A DNA stretch of 64,000 nt, taken from NCBI GenBank assembly GCA_000708835.1, contig DF236969.1, positions 124,001 through 188,000 of the forward strand, given 5' to 3'. The translations under genes and the position numbers were made by a program. This document shows positions 36,864-49,541 of the stretch, in pieces (position 1 is the first letter of the stretch; each line of letters begins with the position of its first letter). Source of the stretch: Klebsormidium nitens. Its lineage: Eukaryota; Plantae; Klebsormidiophyceae. The notes below the pieces were generated by a model. That model was not told where the DNA came from. It ran no database searches and worked only from the letters and a program-made list of their open reading frames with translations.

Positions 36864-38609
36864 ATGAAATGCTTAATGGGCTTCCTGGATCCGACGTTAA
36901 CAAAACTCACGGCATCCTCATGCAATTTAAACTTCTGGTTAAGAAATCAAACGTGCGTGACCACGGCACTGGAAGAAATGTGGATCAAGGGCGGAGTCAG
37001 GATGCGCTCCATGGGCAAGGCAGCGCGCGCAATTCTGCTGTTTCTGCTAGTCCAGTGCGGTGTCCTATGGCTTTTGTTGATCGTGGGCTTCCCCGTTGAA
37101 GTGCACTTTTTCCTTGGGAGGTTGAGCCATTCCAAGATTCAGAGACATGGCGCTCAGCTCTCGGCGATCCAGCTGCCCCAGAGCCGATTGGCGTTGGCGA
37201 GAGACGGCATTGTCAACCGGCAAGGGCTTCACTTCCTGCAAATCCAAAGCGGGTGGCTGTTGGTAGAGGAGACCAGCGTCAGTCTGGTCTACACAGCAAA
37301 CACCTCGTTCCAGCTCACAGGACCCTTCAAAGATGCGCCGTCCCTGCGGGAAATTGACCCCTCAAAGGACGCGGACGCGCGGTCCGCGGCCTTCGCCAGC
37401 TGGCAGGCCCGGAGCGCCGCTCAGCGGACGGAGCGCCTCCTGTTCATCGTTGATGGGGACACGGAAAGCAACCTGTTCCACCAGGTTGCAAAGAACCTGC
37501 TAACGCCGCTAGCGGCGGCAATGCAGGCTTGGGGTGGCGACGCCCTGAAGGTGGAGGACCTTGTCCTAGCTCTGCCAGATCAAAAAGTGGGGGCAGCCAT
37601 GGCGCACTTCTCCTTACACGCGCCGTTCTTTGGGAAGACTGTCTGGCCGGGCAAATTTGCATTGGGCATGGGCCTAGGTTACCACTATTTTGAAGACGTT
37701 GTAGTCACGCCGAGGGGAGTTGATTTCTGGAACAGACTCGATACACGTAGCCGGGACGCGCAGGCTCTGAGGAGAGTCGCTGACTTCATACGGGGGCAAT
37801 TCCTGCAACATTTTGGAATTGTGGAGGAGCCGGGGGGGGACGCGATGCACCCGGTCGCAATCAAGTACATCAGCAGAGGCAACTATCCGCCCCATTTGCA
37901 AGCCATCCGAGTGGCCGACACTCATCCTGTGCTGATCAACGTCACCAGCGCTCCCGAGACAGAGCCGGAGATGGGGTACAACCCGAGTGCGGCGGGGCGG
38001 CAGGTATATAATGAAGAGGACGTTTTAAAGAGTTTAGGTAGCTTAGAGGTTGAGGGAGTGGTGACATTTGAAGCAAAACGGCTGGAGAACCTCAGCCTCA
38101 GGGAGCAACTCGAGTTCGTCCATTCTGCGGACGTTCTCATCTGCCCGCATGGAGCCGGCTGCGTTTGGTTTCTGTTTGCGAGGCCCGGAACCATGGCCAT
38201 TGAGTTGTTTCCTTGCAATTGGGCTGATCCGGTGTACCGCAATATGGCCCACTTAGCGTCCTTAAATTATGTACACCAAATTGCAGATGAGGATAGGTGT
38301 TACGACAGACATTGGGTGAAACGTGACCAGTTCATGGTGATTAGTGGAAGGAGTAGCCCTTACGATGTCGACGTTCCAAATCTTTTGGAGGCAACTAGAG
38401 TAGGAATAAGGATGGCCAAAGTGGCTGGGGCTAGGCTGTGGTTTGAGTGCCTAGACTATATGCTGATGCGCAATGAAAGTGGTTCAAGGTGGGAGAGGTT
38501 GCCCCCGTATGCTTGTAAGACGGCTTTTTTCAGGGACACCGCTATGTTGGTGAACGTCAGCGATCACAGTATCCCTTACAAGCCATACGACAGAATATCA
38601 AGACTTTAA
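36864..38609 (+). CDS. Intronless glycosyltransferase family 61 (DUF563) type II membrane protein. Likely start is an internal ATG (MWIKGG/MRSMGK, about 36978-37011)
   Basis: A 581 aa ORF with an N-terminal anchor (AILLFLLVQCGVLWLLLIVGF), NLFHQ, and the GT61 signature LSLREQLEFVHSADVLICPHGAG...PGTMAIELFP...YRNMAHLASLNY. Confidence 0.85.
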   Translation: MKCLMGFLDPTLTKLTASSCNLNFWLRNQTCVTTALEEMWIKGGVRMRSMGKAARAILLFLLVQCGVLWLLLIVGFPVEVHFFLGRLSHSKIQRHGAQLSAIQLPQSRLALARDGIVNRQGLHFLQIQSGWLLVEETSVSLVYTANTSFQLTGPFKDAPSLREIDPSKDADARSAAFASWQARSAAQRTERLLFIVDGDTESNLFHQVAKNLLTPLAAAMQAWGGDALKVEDLVLALPDQKVGAAMAHFSLHAPFFGKTVWPGKFALGMGLGYHYFEDVVVTPRGVDFWNRLDTRSRDAQALRRVADFIRGQFLQHFGIVEEPGGDAMHPVAIKYISRGNYPPHLQAIRVADTHPVLINVTSAPETEPEMGYNPSAAGRQVYNEEDVLKSLGSLEVEGVVTFEAKRLENLSLREQLEFVHSADVLICPHGAGCVWFLFARPGTMAIELFPCNWADPVYRNMAHLASLNYVHQIADEDRCYDRHWVKRDQFMVISGRSSPYDVDVPNLLEATRVGIRMAKVAGARLWFECLDYMLMRNESGSRWERLPPYACKTAFFRDTAMLVNVSDHSIPYKPYDRISRL

Positions 38610-38814
38610 GAACAAAATCAGTGTTAGAAAGGTCTAGTCGCGCAGCTGCGCAGAGGCTTGAGTTGTACGGGTTTTACGTTGTCGCGCTGCCAGAGCCCAC
38701 GCACGCAGGGTCTCGAAGGCTCAAGCCTACGTAGTCTGCCTCAGGCTCGCGGTAGCGAGCCTATTGTAGGTACCCTATAAAGGAAAGATTGAGACTTGTT
38801 TGTTGAATGTCGTC

Positions 38815-38940
38815 ATTGGTTTGATCATTATATTGATTATAATCAATTCGTGGTCGAACATGAAGTCGGTCGACCCCATCTGCATTGGTTTGATCAATTG
38901 ATCAATCAATTCGTGGGAACATGAAGTCGGATTGGTTTGT
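38815..38940. repeat. About 70 bp direct duplication
   Basis: ATTGGTTTGATCA...ATCAATTCGTGG...AACATGAAGTCGG occurs twice. Confidence 0.75.
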
Positions 38941-39197
38941 GCGATGCTCAATTAACCGGGACCTATAATTCTTTTGCGCTGTGGCAAATGCATCATTCAG
39001 AGGATCCGTTCTACCAACTGTGTAGGTCGTGTAGATATCAAAGCGTCTATAAGCAACAACGACCGGAATGTGACTTGACGATCCAACGCGGACACGAGTA
39101 TGATCAACATGAGCGAATTCAAGAAGCTTGAGCACTTGATCGATTGACGGCATAACGAACAAGTATGAGACTCCTCTGTCCAGGAACTACAGCTATC

Positions 39198-42100
39198 TTA
39201 TTGTGCCCCCACTTTCTCCCGTTTCAAAGAGAGCCGCACAAAGGGGGTTGCGCGACTGGCTGCTTTCGACTGTTTCCGGAGTACCTCTGGTTTCTCGGCC
39301 ACGGCTTCTATTGGTAACCCTGTCGTCTCCTCCTCTCCCCTTCTCTGCTCTACTATGTGCGCGCTGTCCCTATCTTTGGTCTCAAACTCTCTATCCATGC
39401 TGTCAGTAACTGAACTGACCGCTGTGCTAGTAAGCATTCCGACTATCTCGTCCAGAGAATGTGACGCCGTCTCCCTTTCCCGGGCGTCTTCAACTGTTTC
39501 CGGAATCGTGAGAAGCGGAACGCTGTCTCGGTCCGCCCTCGGCCTCGGACTTCCGTCCGCAATACTCGTCCCCCCAACTGCGTCCGTAAGCCGCTCGTTC
39601 CCTTCCGGTTCCGCTGTTCCGTCGATCCTGCGAATCCCTTCAAAGCCCCGCCTGCCGGCGCCATAATCTGCGCCATCCTGTCCCACCAACCGTGCGCCGA
39701 TTCCCGCTCCTGAAGCCGTTCCGTTCCGTTCCGTTCCGCCCTCGCTCTCCAAGCTTCTCCCGCCGGATTCAGGATCAGGCACTTCTCTCCGGAACTCCTC
39801 CGAGGCTCTCCGCAACTCACCAGAAGCTCTCGCCATTTCATGAGACCCCTCCGTTTCCAGAATCCACTCTCGGAACTCGCTGGCAGGCACGGCCAAAATT
39901 GCTGTGTCGCCCTCAACCCCTCTGAACGGCAGCCCCAGTTCGGCGACCAACTCCTTGACCGCCAAAAAGGACGCCAAGTGAGGCGGCTCCGCCCCTTCCT
40001 GGTACGTCGCTCCTTCTTCAACCGTCCTGCCAAAATATAGCTCGACCTGCGGGAAAGAATGAAAGTGATGCATGCGATTTAGAGAGTCTTTGACGGATCG
40101 GAGGTATATGGCGTGTCGTTGCTGGAAACGATTTGGCACGTCGCGGATTCCTACCACAGGAAACACTAGGAAGAAGAGTGGAAAGCTTTCAGACCTGGCC
40201 GGCTCGGAAGCTGCTCCCTTCACAAACTGGCCCGATCTAATTCGCTGCAAAGTATTCGTGAAAGCATACGGCTGCGAAGCGGCTAAGCGAGTAGGATCAA
40301 CCAATAAAACGAGCGTCAAGATTTCAACAGAAGGGAGCCCTTACACCGGAGTGGCTCAAAGCTTAGAGCAAGAAGAACTGGGATATGCGGTCGACTCTCA
40401 TCAGCAACGGGGAATGCATACACCAGTGGTCTCGTGAGCATTCTTGGTTGTCCGCTTCGGAACTTTGAAACCCCAAGTATAGATTGGAGGACCAATTTGT
40501 CGGGCCTTAATCGTCACAACCGGGGCCCGTGAGCTTGACAAGCGTCGGCCAACGTTCTGCGATCTACCGGCCAGAAAACAAAAGAAAGACCCGCGTAAAC
40601 AAAGGGTTCTCCGACTCGCACCTTCTCAGGTAGCTCCGCCAAACCCGCTTCCACATTCGCCACTCCCTCCCTCGCATCGCCCAGCAGCCACCCCCTGAGG
40701 ATTGCGCACGCAGCCCCCGGCGAAGTGTGCCGCAGATCGACCCACCACTCGGGGGGATCCCCCCGGGACAGCTCTCCCCCCTCGACGTGCCCGGTAGACG
40801 ATCCCACGGGCGCAGCAACCCCCGGTTTTAGGGGAAGCGTCCGTTTCCCGGGCAGGTAAACCCCCTTCCGAAGCGCAACTGCAACGACGTTCGCGGCGTG
40901 GCGGCACTTGCTCTCGGCCCATAGGATATCGAGCAGCGCGTTGAAGAAGCCGCGCTTATATAGAAGCGACTCGCGGGCGCCTCCAGGGACTCGCTCGAGC
41001 GCTTGTTGGAGGGAGAGGTCCCAGGAACCTTCCTGTTTCCGGTCTGACAAAATGTTACGGATAACCTTGTGAACGGGTAATCTAAACCCTTCCAGAACCT
41101 CCCACACCCGGTGCGCGTCCGGGTGGTGTAACCGCCCCTTGAGCCCCAGCAGAACGGCGGAATAGCAGCTCAGCGTTTTCCGCACCCGCGCGTCGTTCAT
41201 CTCCGCATAATACGCCGAGATTTCCGCTAGCCTTCCCCCCCGGCCCAGCGCCTCGAACAGCAGAGCAAACGCTTTCTGCGTCAGCCGTCCGTGCTCGCGC
41301 TTGCACTTCTCGTGGAAGAGCTGCACGACACGTGGCACCTCCTCCCACGCCCCCTGCGCGGCGTAGCCCTCCAAGAGCGCGAGCACCGTGCCATAGCTTA
41401 TGGCACCGCACCGCTCTTGGAGCTGTGTGAATAAGCTCGCCACCTCTGCTGGCCGCTTCTCTTGGCCCGCAATAGTGATCAGCGCGTTGTACACCGCGAG
41501 ATTATTCACACCGTCCGGGTGGAACCGTTCCAGGAGCTTACAAGCGTAGCCCGACATGCCATGGCTGGCGTATACGAGCATGCACTCGGCATAGGCGGCT
41601 GGCCGCTTATAGGGGGGCTGGTCGGCGGAGACGATACGCTCTGCCTTGTCGTATTGGCGTTCGGAGGCCAGCTTTTCAATGAGAGCGAAGGAGAGGCGGT
41701 GGGAGGGCGGGCTGCCGAGTCGAAGGGCCTCCTGCCGACGGGAAGAGAAAGAAGCAAACAAAAGATGGAAAAAAAGCAACCGAAGGTCAAGCAGAAGAGA
41801 AGAGACGTAGAAAGCCGACTCGAGGTAGTCGTGCACAGCAGATGCTTAATTAACAACATTCAACCGCCCAATCAAGGCACATTCAGTTGAGACGGCACTT
41901 AGGGATCGAGCACGCTTTAGTTCCGTCATAGCAAGAATCAAGCCAAGCGCCAGAAGTCAGAACGATGTAAGACCAAGCCGACAAGGGCACAAATGAATCA
42001 TTCAGATGAAGCATAAACAGAAAGCTGAAACGACGAGTCGACATGATAAGCCGAGCTTGCAAGAAAGACATCCGAGCAAAGAGGTTACTTTCGGAGCGCT

Positions 42101-45100
42101 TTGGTTGAAGTTTGTCTGCTCATGGGCTGTGACTTTGAAAGCTGGCTGCTGACCCGAGTCGTCAAGGCAAACGAGGGGTCGCTCCGATGCGGAAAGGTAT
42201 TCAATGAGTCTTCGATCGAAGAGACTTTTACAGATAAGGCAAAAGCCAGAATTTACCTGCTGAAACAGGTCCAAAGACAGTTGCTGGAAACTTCCTAGCA
42301 GGTTTACTTAAAGTAAGTGTCAATGAAGAGAAGGGTGGCAATACAGCCGGCCCGTGAAATTAAGGGTGCCGTATGATGCCTCCCACATATCAGCGACGTT
42401 CCTTCGTCTTCTTCGGTTTGGATGGTCTGAATAACAGCAAGCGACAATGAGTGGACCAAAGAAAAAAAACCACTTCTTCGTCGATGTTTGTCCAGAAAAG
42501 TACAAGCGGGGCACGCACCTTATAGATCCCTAAAACGCAGTCCCCGACAGGCCCCTTCCGGTATGCGTCCACGATGCCGTAGTAAGTGCTGTCGTCAGGC
42601 ATGTGGCCACGTGTCGTCATCTCGAGCAGCACGTCTTGCGCCAGGTCGAAGTGGCCCGTCTTGCAGTACGCCGAGATGAGGCAGTTGTACGTCGCCTGGG
42701 GAAGAAGTACCGAGGAGTTAGCCGGAGTGGGTTTGATGATGACCTTTTTCTGTCATGGATTTGACAGCCAAGCGGTGAGCAAAGAGGATTCTCGGCAAGA
42801 TATGAAGAGATTTAAAAGCCGTCAGAAAAAAGCAGATTCCTTATTTCTTTCTTCTGCAGCGTCCTAGCGTCGAGGAGCCTCTGACCTCGAGTAAAGACCT
42901 CGCATTGATAAGCCTGCGGTCAACCGTTACTCTCAACCTTCAGACCCTGAACTTCCAGTCTGCCAAACTCCGAAGTTTGACGCCCAGATTTCAAGGCCTC
43001 CTTCAAAGGTCTCAACCGGAAAATTTCAACCGCAAAATCAGAGCCCAACTTCAAGATCGTAAAAGAACAGCCCAGACTCCAGTCGTCGAATCCCGGATGC
43101 TAGACCCTGAATTCCAAGCCCCTTCTCAAACCCTAGACCTTCAATCCTAAAACAAAGACCCTAGACCCTGAAGCCTAGACTCCGAGACCTTAACCGAACT
43201 CCTAAACCCTCACCCGGTTAGGCGGCACCCCCCGGCTCTGCATCTCCTCCACCAGCCGCAGCAGCTCCTCGAGACTCCCGGCCTTTCCGTACGCGTCAAT
43301 CAGCATGGTATACGTCATCACGGTCGGCGCATAGCCGTCCTTCTGCATGTCGGCGTGCACCGACTCGGCCCACCGGCAGTGGCCGCCGCGCGTGTAGGCC
43401 ATCATCAGCTTCTGGAACGTCTCCGGCTGCGGGCGGACTCCGACCTGCGGGGTTAAGGTTTCGGGTTAACACAATTGGTTGAGATGATTATGGATCAGAT
43501 ACTAAGCGCGTGTACCCATCATCAGCTTCTGGAACGTCTCCGGCTGCGGGCGAACTCCGACCTGCGGGGTTAAGGTTTCAGGGTTAACAAACTGCTGAGA
43601 TGATTATGGATCAAATACTAAGCGCGTGTACGCCATCATTAGCTTCTGGAACGTCTCCGACTGCGGGCGAACTCCGACCTGCGGGGTTAAGGTTTCAGGA
43701 TTAACAAAATAGGCTGAGATGATTATGGATCAGATACTACGCGCGTGTACGCCATCATTAGCTTCTGGAAAGTATCTGGCTGCGGGCGGACTCCGACCTG
43801 CGGGGTTAGTGTTTATGGTTCAACATCTGGACCATTTGGGGCGCAGATTTTGAGCGCGTGTACGCCGTCATCAGCTTCTGGAACGTCTCTGGTTGCGGGC
43901 GAACTCCGACCCGCGGGGTTAAGGTTTCAGGGTTAAGAAAATGGGTTGAAATTATATGGATCAGATACTAAGCGCCTGTACGCCATCATCAGCTTCTGGA
44001 AAGTTTCCGGTTGCGGGCGGACGCCGACCTGCGGGGTTAACGTTTCAGGGTTAACAAAACGGGTTGATATTATTATGGATCAGATACTTAGCGCTTGTAC
44101 GCCATCATCAACTTCTGGAACGTCTCGGGCTGGGGGCGGACTCCGATCTGCGGGGTTAGAGTTTATGGTTCGACATCTGGACATTTTGGGGCGCAGATTT
44201 TAAGCGCGTGTAGGCCATCATCAATTTCTGGAACGTCTTAGGCTGGGGACGAACTCCGACTTGCAGGATTAGCCTTTATGATTATATATCTGGAACTTGT
44301 TAGGAATCATGATTTTGAGCACTTGACGCCACCATCAGCTTCTGGAACGTCTCCGGTTGCGGGTGGACTCCGACCTGCGTCGATAGACTATTTGATTCAG
44401 GAGAGAAGGACTGAGAGAATACGAGAGAGGATAAGATGCAAGTTCTAGCGTTTCAGCGCGCGCAGAGCCAATTGAAGCTTTCGAAAAGCACTGGGCTGTG
44501 GACGGGTTTGGACTTCAGTTCGAAAAGGAAAACCAGGAGTCTACAACGTCTGAGATCTGAGGCTCATGTAGACCCTGATTTTACACGCAAGACAAGCACT
44601 AGAAATGACCCTGTGCGTAATATAACAGCGGATTCTGGACAACGTCGACCTGACACTCTCGTTTCAGTATTAGGACGGCGTTCACGGCCAGACGTAGCCC
44701 TGCTATCTTGCAGTCAGCCTATCATAGTCGAACAATGCTGTATCGTTCTCCAAGTGGCCTGCCAGCTTTCTCCTTGCCATTTTTCGTCCACGGTCAGCCC
44801 ATGGAAACACGGCGGTACTCCGATCAGCCAGTTCTCAAACGGGAAGCGATGGAGGAGAAAACAGAAAGTCTTTACTCCACCCACGAGCAATGGAAGATAC
44901 TTGTCACTGACTAAGACCAGTTTTAAGTCTACAAAATGTCCGACCGGTCAATCAAGACGTCAGCAACAGGTGTTACACTCTCTCGTACCTGCTTCATGTC
45001 CGCAAGTACGCTCTCGGCCTCTTCATAGCGGCCCTGCCTGCCATAGCCGTCCAGGAGCGTATTATAAGTGGACAGCTCCGGCTGCAGGTTGCGCGCGCGC

Positions 45101-48100
45101 ATGTCCTGCAGCACACCCTCCGCCTCCTCTAACCGGCCCACGTTGACGTACGCCAAAATGAGGTTACCGTAGTCGGCGTTCGTGAACGGAATGTTCTGCG
45201 CCCGCATCACCTGGATGAGAGGACGAAGAGGTTGGGACAAGTTGCTTTTTGACAGTTGTCTGAACGTGCCCTACTGTCGCTTGCTGCCTATAAAGACACC
45301 CACCCTGTAAGGGCGGCCGTCGTCGGCGCATGGGAACAGGATTGACGGCTTTCTCGATGGACCGGATCTGTCAAGAAGTTGCGCAAAAAGCTGTCACACG
45401 CTCCCCGGAAGACTTTATCTTACTATCACAAAACAACACTCTGGTAAGGCTGCGCTGAGAGAGGGTCCTCAAAAAGTCTCGCATAGGGGCCTTGTCCAAA
45501 CACCGTCCAAGTCTTGTCCGTGGGCCACCCCTGAAAGGTTCTCCATCTTAAGTCTTGAAGGCGCTTCGTTTCACATGGGCGAACCGACGACTGTCCAAGA
45601 CCTCTCACGAGGAGCCATGCCAGACAAGCAACTAGAAGCGTTCGGAAACCAAACCGGGTCTGCACACTCACCCGAAACACCTCCTCCGCCCGCTCCGGGA
45701 GTCCTTTCTTCTCGTACGCCCGCAGGATCTGGTTGCACACGTGGCGGTCCGGTACGTACCCCTGCGCGACCAGCTCCTCGTACAGAACGATGATGCCGTC
45801 CCAGTTGACCGTCCGAACAAAAGCGTCCAAAGCCGTCCGGTACGTGAAGTAGTCCGCACGTACGCCAGCCTCCTTCATTTCCGCAAAGAGGCGCAGAATG
45901 TCGGCCAGGGAGCCGCCGCGCGCGCACGCCGCAATGAGCTCCTGGGAAAAGATGAGAAAGCATGTTTTAGATAGGGTGAAGAACGTGGTCCTGAACTGGT
46001 GAAGGTGCGTAGTTTGCCCGACTGCCGCATTCATTCTCCGGTGCTTATTATTCGAGACGCTTGACTTCACTGGGATGCTCGAGCGAGCTGCGGTGAGCTC
46101 CTGGAAGCAGTGGAGGAAGCACGTTTGTACGGGGTATTTTGGTTAGGATGCTTCCAGGCATGGCCGTTCGGGTTGCTGCAACGAAAGGACATCTCAAATG
46201 AATTCCTGCCCGGATTGTAGTGAGAGTCTTGATCATGCGATCCTTCTTGACGTTCGACGGACAAAAGTTCCCCAAAGGAGAATCTTCACAGGGGCCAGCA
46301 CAAGTATCTTGCGGGGGGACTATCTCTCCGACCCCGGCCACTGCTTAATTCCTAAAGGTCCTGACTTCCTTGTTGCAGTATTTGCTATACCAAGTAATCT
46401 GAAGTGCACTATACTTTACCTTGTACGTGGCTGCGTCTGGTTGGAAGCCCTCGGCCTTGAGCCGCGTCACGAGGCGCATCGCGTCCACGAACAGGCCCTG
46501 CCGGGCAAATCCCCCCAGCAGCGAGTTGTAGACCATCAAGTCGGGCGTAATGCCTGACGTCACCATGTCCTCTACCAGAGCGTCTGCCGACGTCATCATG
46601 GCGCATCTGCGGGATGGAATCACTTGTACGATAAGCGATGTACGTCACGGGGTAAGGTACGAGGCACACTCCTTGTGCGGAACAACTTGAGGGAAAACAT
46701 TACGGTTGAATTAGGGAAAGGAAGCAGACTGAGGAGAGGAGATGAGAAACGAAGAAAGATGCATAACGGCTCGGCGTAGTTTTGTTGCCACCGTGTCCTC
46801 CAGGCGGGCATCTGCTTCAGTCTCTAAAATCTGCCTCAGAGGACGTTTGAAGGGATGACCTGAACTCAGTATCAGCAAAGCAGACCTAGATCCGTTGGAA
46901 TAGAAATGACAATCAAACTTGTTGCAACTTGAGAATAGCTCACTAAGCCGTCAACTGCTGCAATGAGATAAGCGTTGCACATTGAGATAACGCCAACCGT
47001 TTCATGCTAAGTAGAACCCCAAAGAACCAACTTTGGCTACCACTTGAGGCAAGAGTCCAAGGTACAAAGTTTCGATACACCATCGAAATTTGGACCCTTT
47101 CTTCAATAATGTTCAGATACGAAAGCAGACTATGAATGACAAGTCGCTGAAGCTTGCACAGATCTTAAAAGTTTGTTTCAGAGCGTACCTTGTGTACGCT
47201 GCGAGTACGGTGGTGTAGGCCCCGATCTGCGGCCGTAGCTGGCACTCCTCGGGGGTTGCTTTCGCCCAGTCAAACACTTGCTGCATCAGCTCGTGCTCTC
47301 GCAGGCGCCCCAGCTCTTTCAGGATGGAAATCTGCATGAGAGGAGGTTGTCTCAAACCAGATTCTATGCCGTCTCCCACTGACTTCTAGAAGAGTACGGA
47401 GAATGGTATCGACGGCAAAGTTCATCCATAACCGGAATCTACCCATACCGCTGCGGTCTTGCAAAATACTTCCCACCGGATGCCTCTCCGTGCCAAAGCG
47501 TATGGGGAGGTGGAAAATCGAGGATGAGCTCAGGAGCCAGCAATCAAGACTGAAGGAGACAAAACTGAACGACCCAAGGCTGACAACGCTCGTGGGAAGT
47601 GGGGACACATTCTAAACAAAAGCCGACTTTCTATACAACCAGTTGCCTACATGCGAAAGGTTGGTACCCCATCTCTATCCCTGACTTGCATTCAGTTTAG
47701 GTAGACAATGTATTGAAAAGGGCAGATAGTACGCAGTGGCAGGCCAGCCAATCTCAATCTCATTTTCTGATGCCGGACTGGGCAAACAATCCAGAATTTT
47801 AGCACAGAAGGACCAGCAACCGCTTCCTGACACCATCATGGAGACTGCAGTCAGCCACGTCCTTTCAATCCCTTCAGTCAGAAGCAATCTGGTTAATACA
47901 AACTGCATGGGCAATGAACTCTCGTTTTCCTGACAATTGACTACGACGTGAGAGGATACTACACTGCATCTGCTCCGGCGAATAAGCTGCTCTATCCCAC
48001 CACTCTATTTACAATCACTACGTTCTTACATTTTTTGAACACCCTTGACCACCACCCTACATTACGCCACTCTGGCAAGGTTTTCTACTTTGACCACCTT

Positions 48101-48824
48101 TACAATTGCAACACTGACGTCTTACAATGCTCGTAAAAGTCCTTGACCACTTCCTTTACAGATACTAGACTCGATCAACTATACATGGGAAATTGTACCG
48201 GGTTGCAAAGAACGTCAAGAAAATGGAAGTAAGAAACACAAAGCAACCCACCAGGCTGCCCATGCCTAGTTCTTTCCTCCAGGCGTCCATCAACTTCCCC
48301 ACACTCTCTGCGTTGTGCTCCTGGTTAATCAGCGCCATGAGCACCTGCTGATTCCTGGCGCTCAGCGGCTTATCATAAGCGGGCCGCTCCGCTTCCTGGC
48401 TCAGCTCATACCCTTTCCTTTTCCATAGAAACCGGGCCGCTGGCCCCTCACCCCCCTTCCCTGAGTGGCTCAATTCCGTCTCCCTGCTTCGACGGAAAAG
48501 TTTGCCCCCCTCCCGGACCCAGACACTCGAATGCCGTAAACTATGGCCGCCTTCATAGGTTTCAACTTTTATTGGCTTGCTTGAGGGCGGTGTCACAGAG
48601 GCGGGCGGCTTTCCAATGGTGCCAACACTTGCTTCAACAATGCCACAGGTCCACGAAATTTGAGAGCAGGCTGCTTGTACAGAAGAGTCCATCTTGCTAG
48701 CAGATGCACGGGCGCTGCATCCTTCTGCCACTCCTGCTGCCAATGCCAATGCCAATGGACTTGCCTCAAAACCTGAAAACCCAGGGAGGAAAAGGGGCGT
48801 TTGATGAGTATATTGATACACCAT
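39198..48824 (-). CDS. P-class PPR protein with C-terminal SMR-like domain (pTAC2/GUN1 group). Exons ~48770-48252, 47331-47189, 46606-46420, 45941-45672, 45210-44989, 43444-43214, 42695-42519, 41731-40622, 40046-39198; 5' end unresolved
   Basis: Several canonical 35-aa PPR motifs (e.g. VMTYTMLIDAYGKAGSLEELLRLVEEMQSRGVPPN). HKVIRNIL...W...FFNALLDILW and WWVDLRHTSPGAACAILRGWL resemble pTAC2/GUN1 SMR regions. Phases are consistent. Confidence 0.82.
43445..44385 (-). repeat. Intronic tandem array: 8 copies (113-119 bp period) of acceptor plus first ~58 nt of PPR exon
   Basis: CATCATCAGCTTCTGGAACGTCTCCGGCTGCGGGCGGACTCCGACCTGCGGGGTTA is repeated, with junctions at 43561, 43678, 43797, 43910, 44028, 44147, 44260 and 44374. 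Confidence 0.95.
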
Positions 48825-49541
48825 CTTATGGTCCTAGCGTTGTTTCCAAATATTGGTCCAATCGGAGCTAATATGTTGTACCCAGCTCGTCGAAGTACTT
48901 TCATAGAAATACCCGTGCGGCGTGTGATACTCATTGAGTTCCGCTATGACGTGTTGCCTCTGAATTTTGATGCGGATATATGAGCAGTCTCCATGGTCTT
49001 ATATGGAATTAGCACCGGTTTGTCAGCAGCTGCCTCAGGCTTTCAAGTTTCAACCACTTTCAAGTTTCCGTCTAGCTTGCAGACTGCAGTCTCCAGCTTG
49101 CTTTTCCTGATGATGTGATACCGCCTCTTCAATTGCTGAAGAAGTGAGGCCCTCCGCTTCAGCTTCATAACAGTCTAGTGGTCTAAGAAGGAAGTTGCAG
49201 GCAATCAGCGCCTGTGTCCTCATTTCAAGCAAAGTCTAGCAGAAGTCAGATGCAACACCGCTTGTAGAATTTCGACGGCCCGCACAAAGCAAACTTCGAG
49301 AAAGTGTGCAGTGAAGCCCTCACGTGTGTGCGGCGTACATCGTTGTGCACAGCCAACGAGACTGGTGAGAAGAAGTCAACTGAAGCTCACACTGCAAGCA
49401 CGCGGATCACAAGATCCCGGGGATCACCTAGCGCGCCAGCTGTCGTTCCATGCATCTACACAACTTGGAGCTCAGCCATTTGCAGCGAGGACGGTACTAA
49501 TACGAGAGCCCTGACGCGGTGCCGTGAGCGGGGTGGCCGCA

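Noticed and set aside
40047-40319. N-terminal part of ORF 39198-40319
   Set aside because: Intronic; the coding exon starts at the acceptor at 40046.
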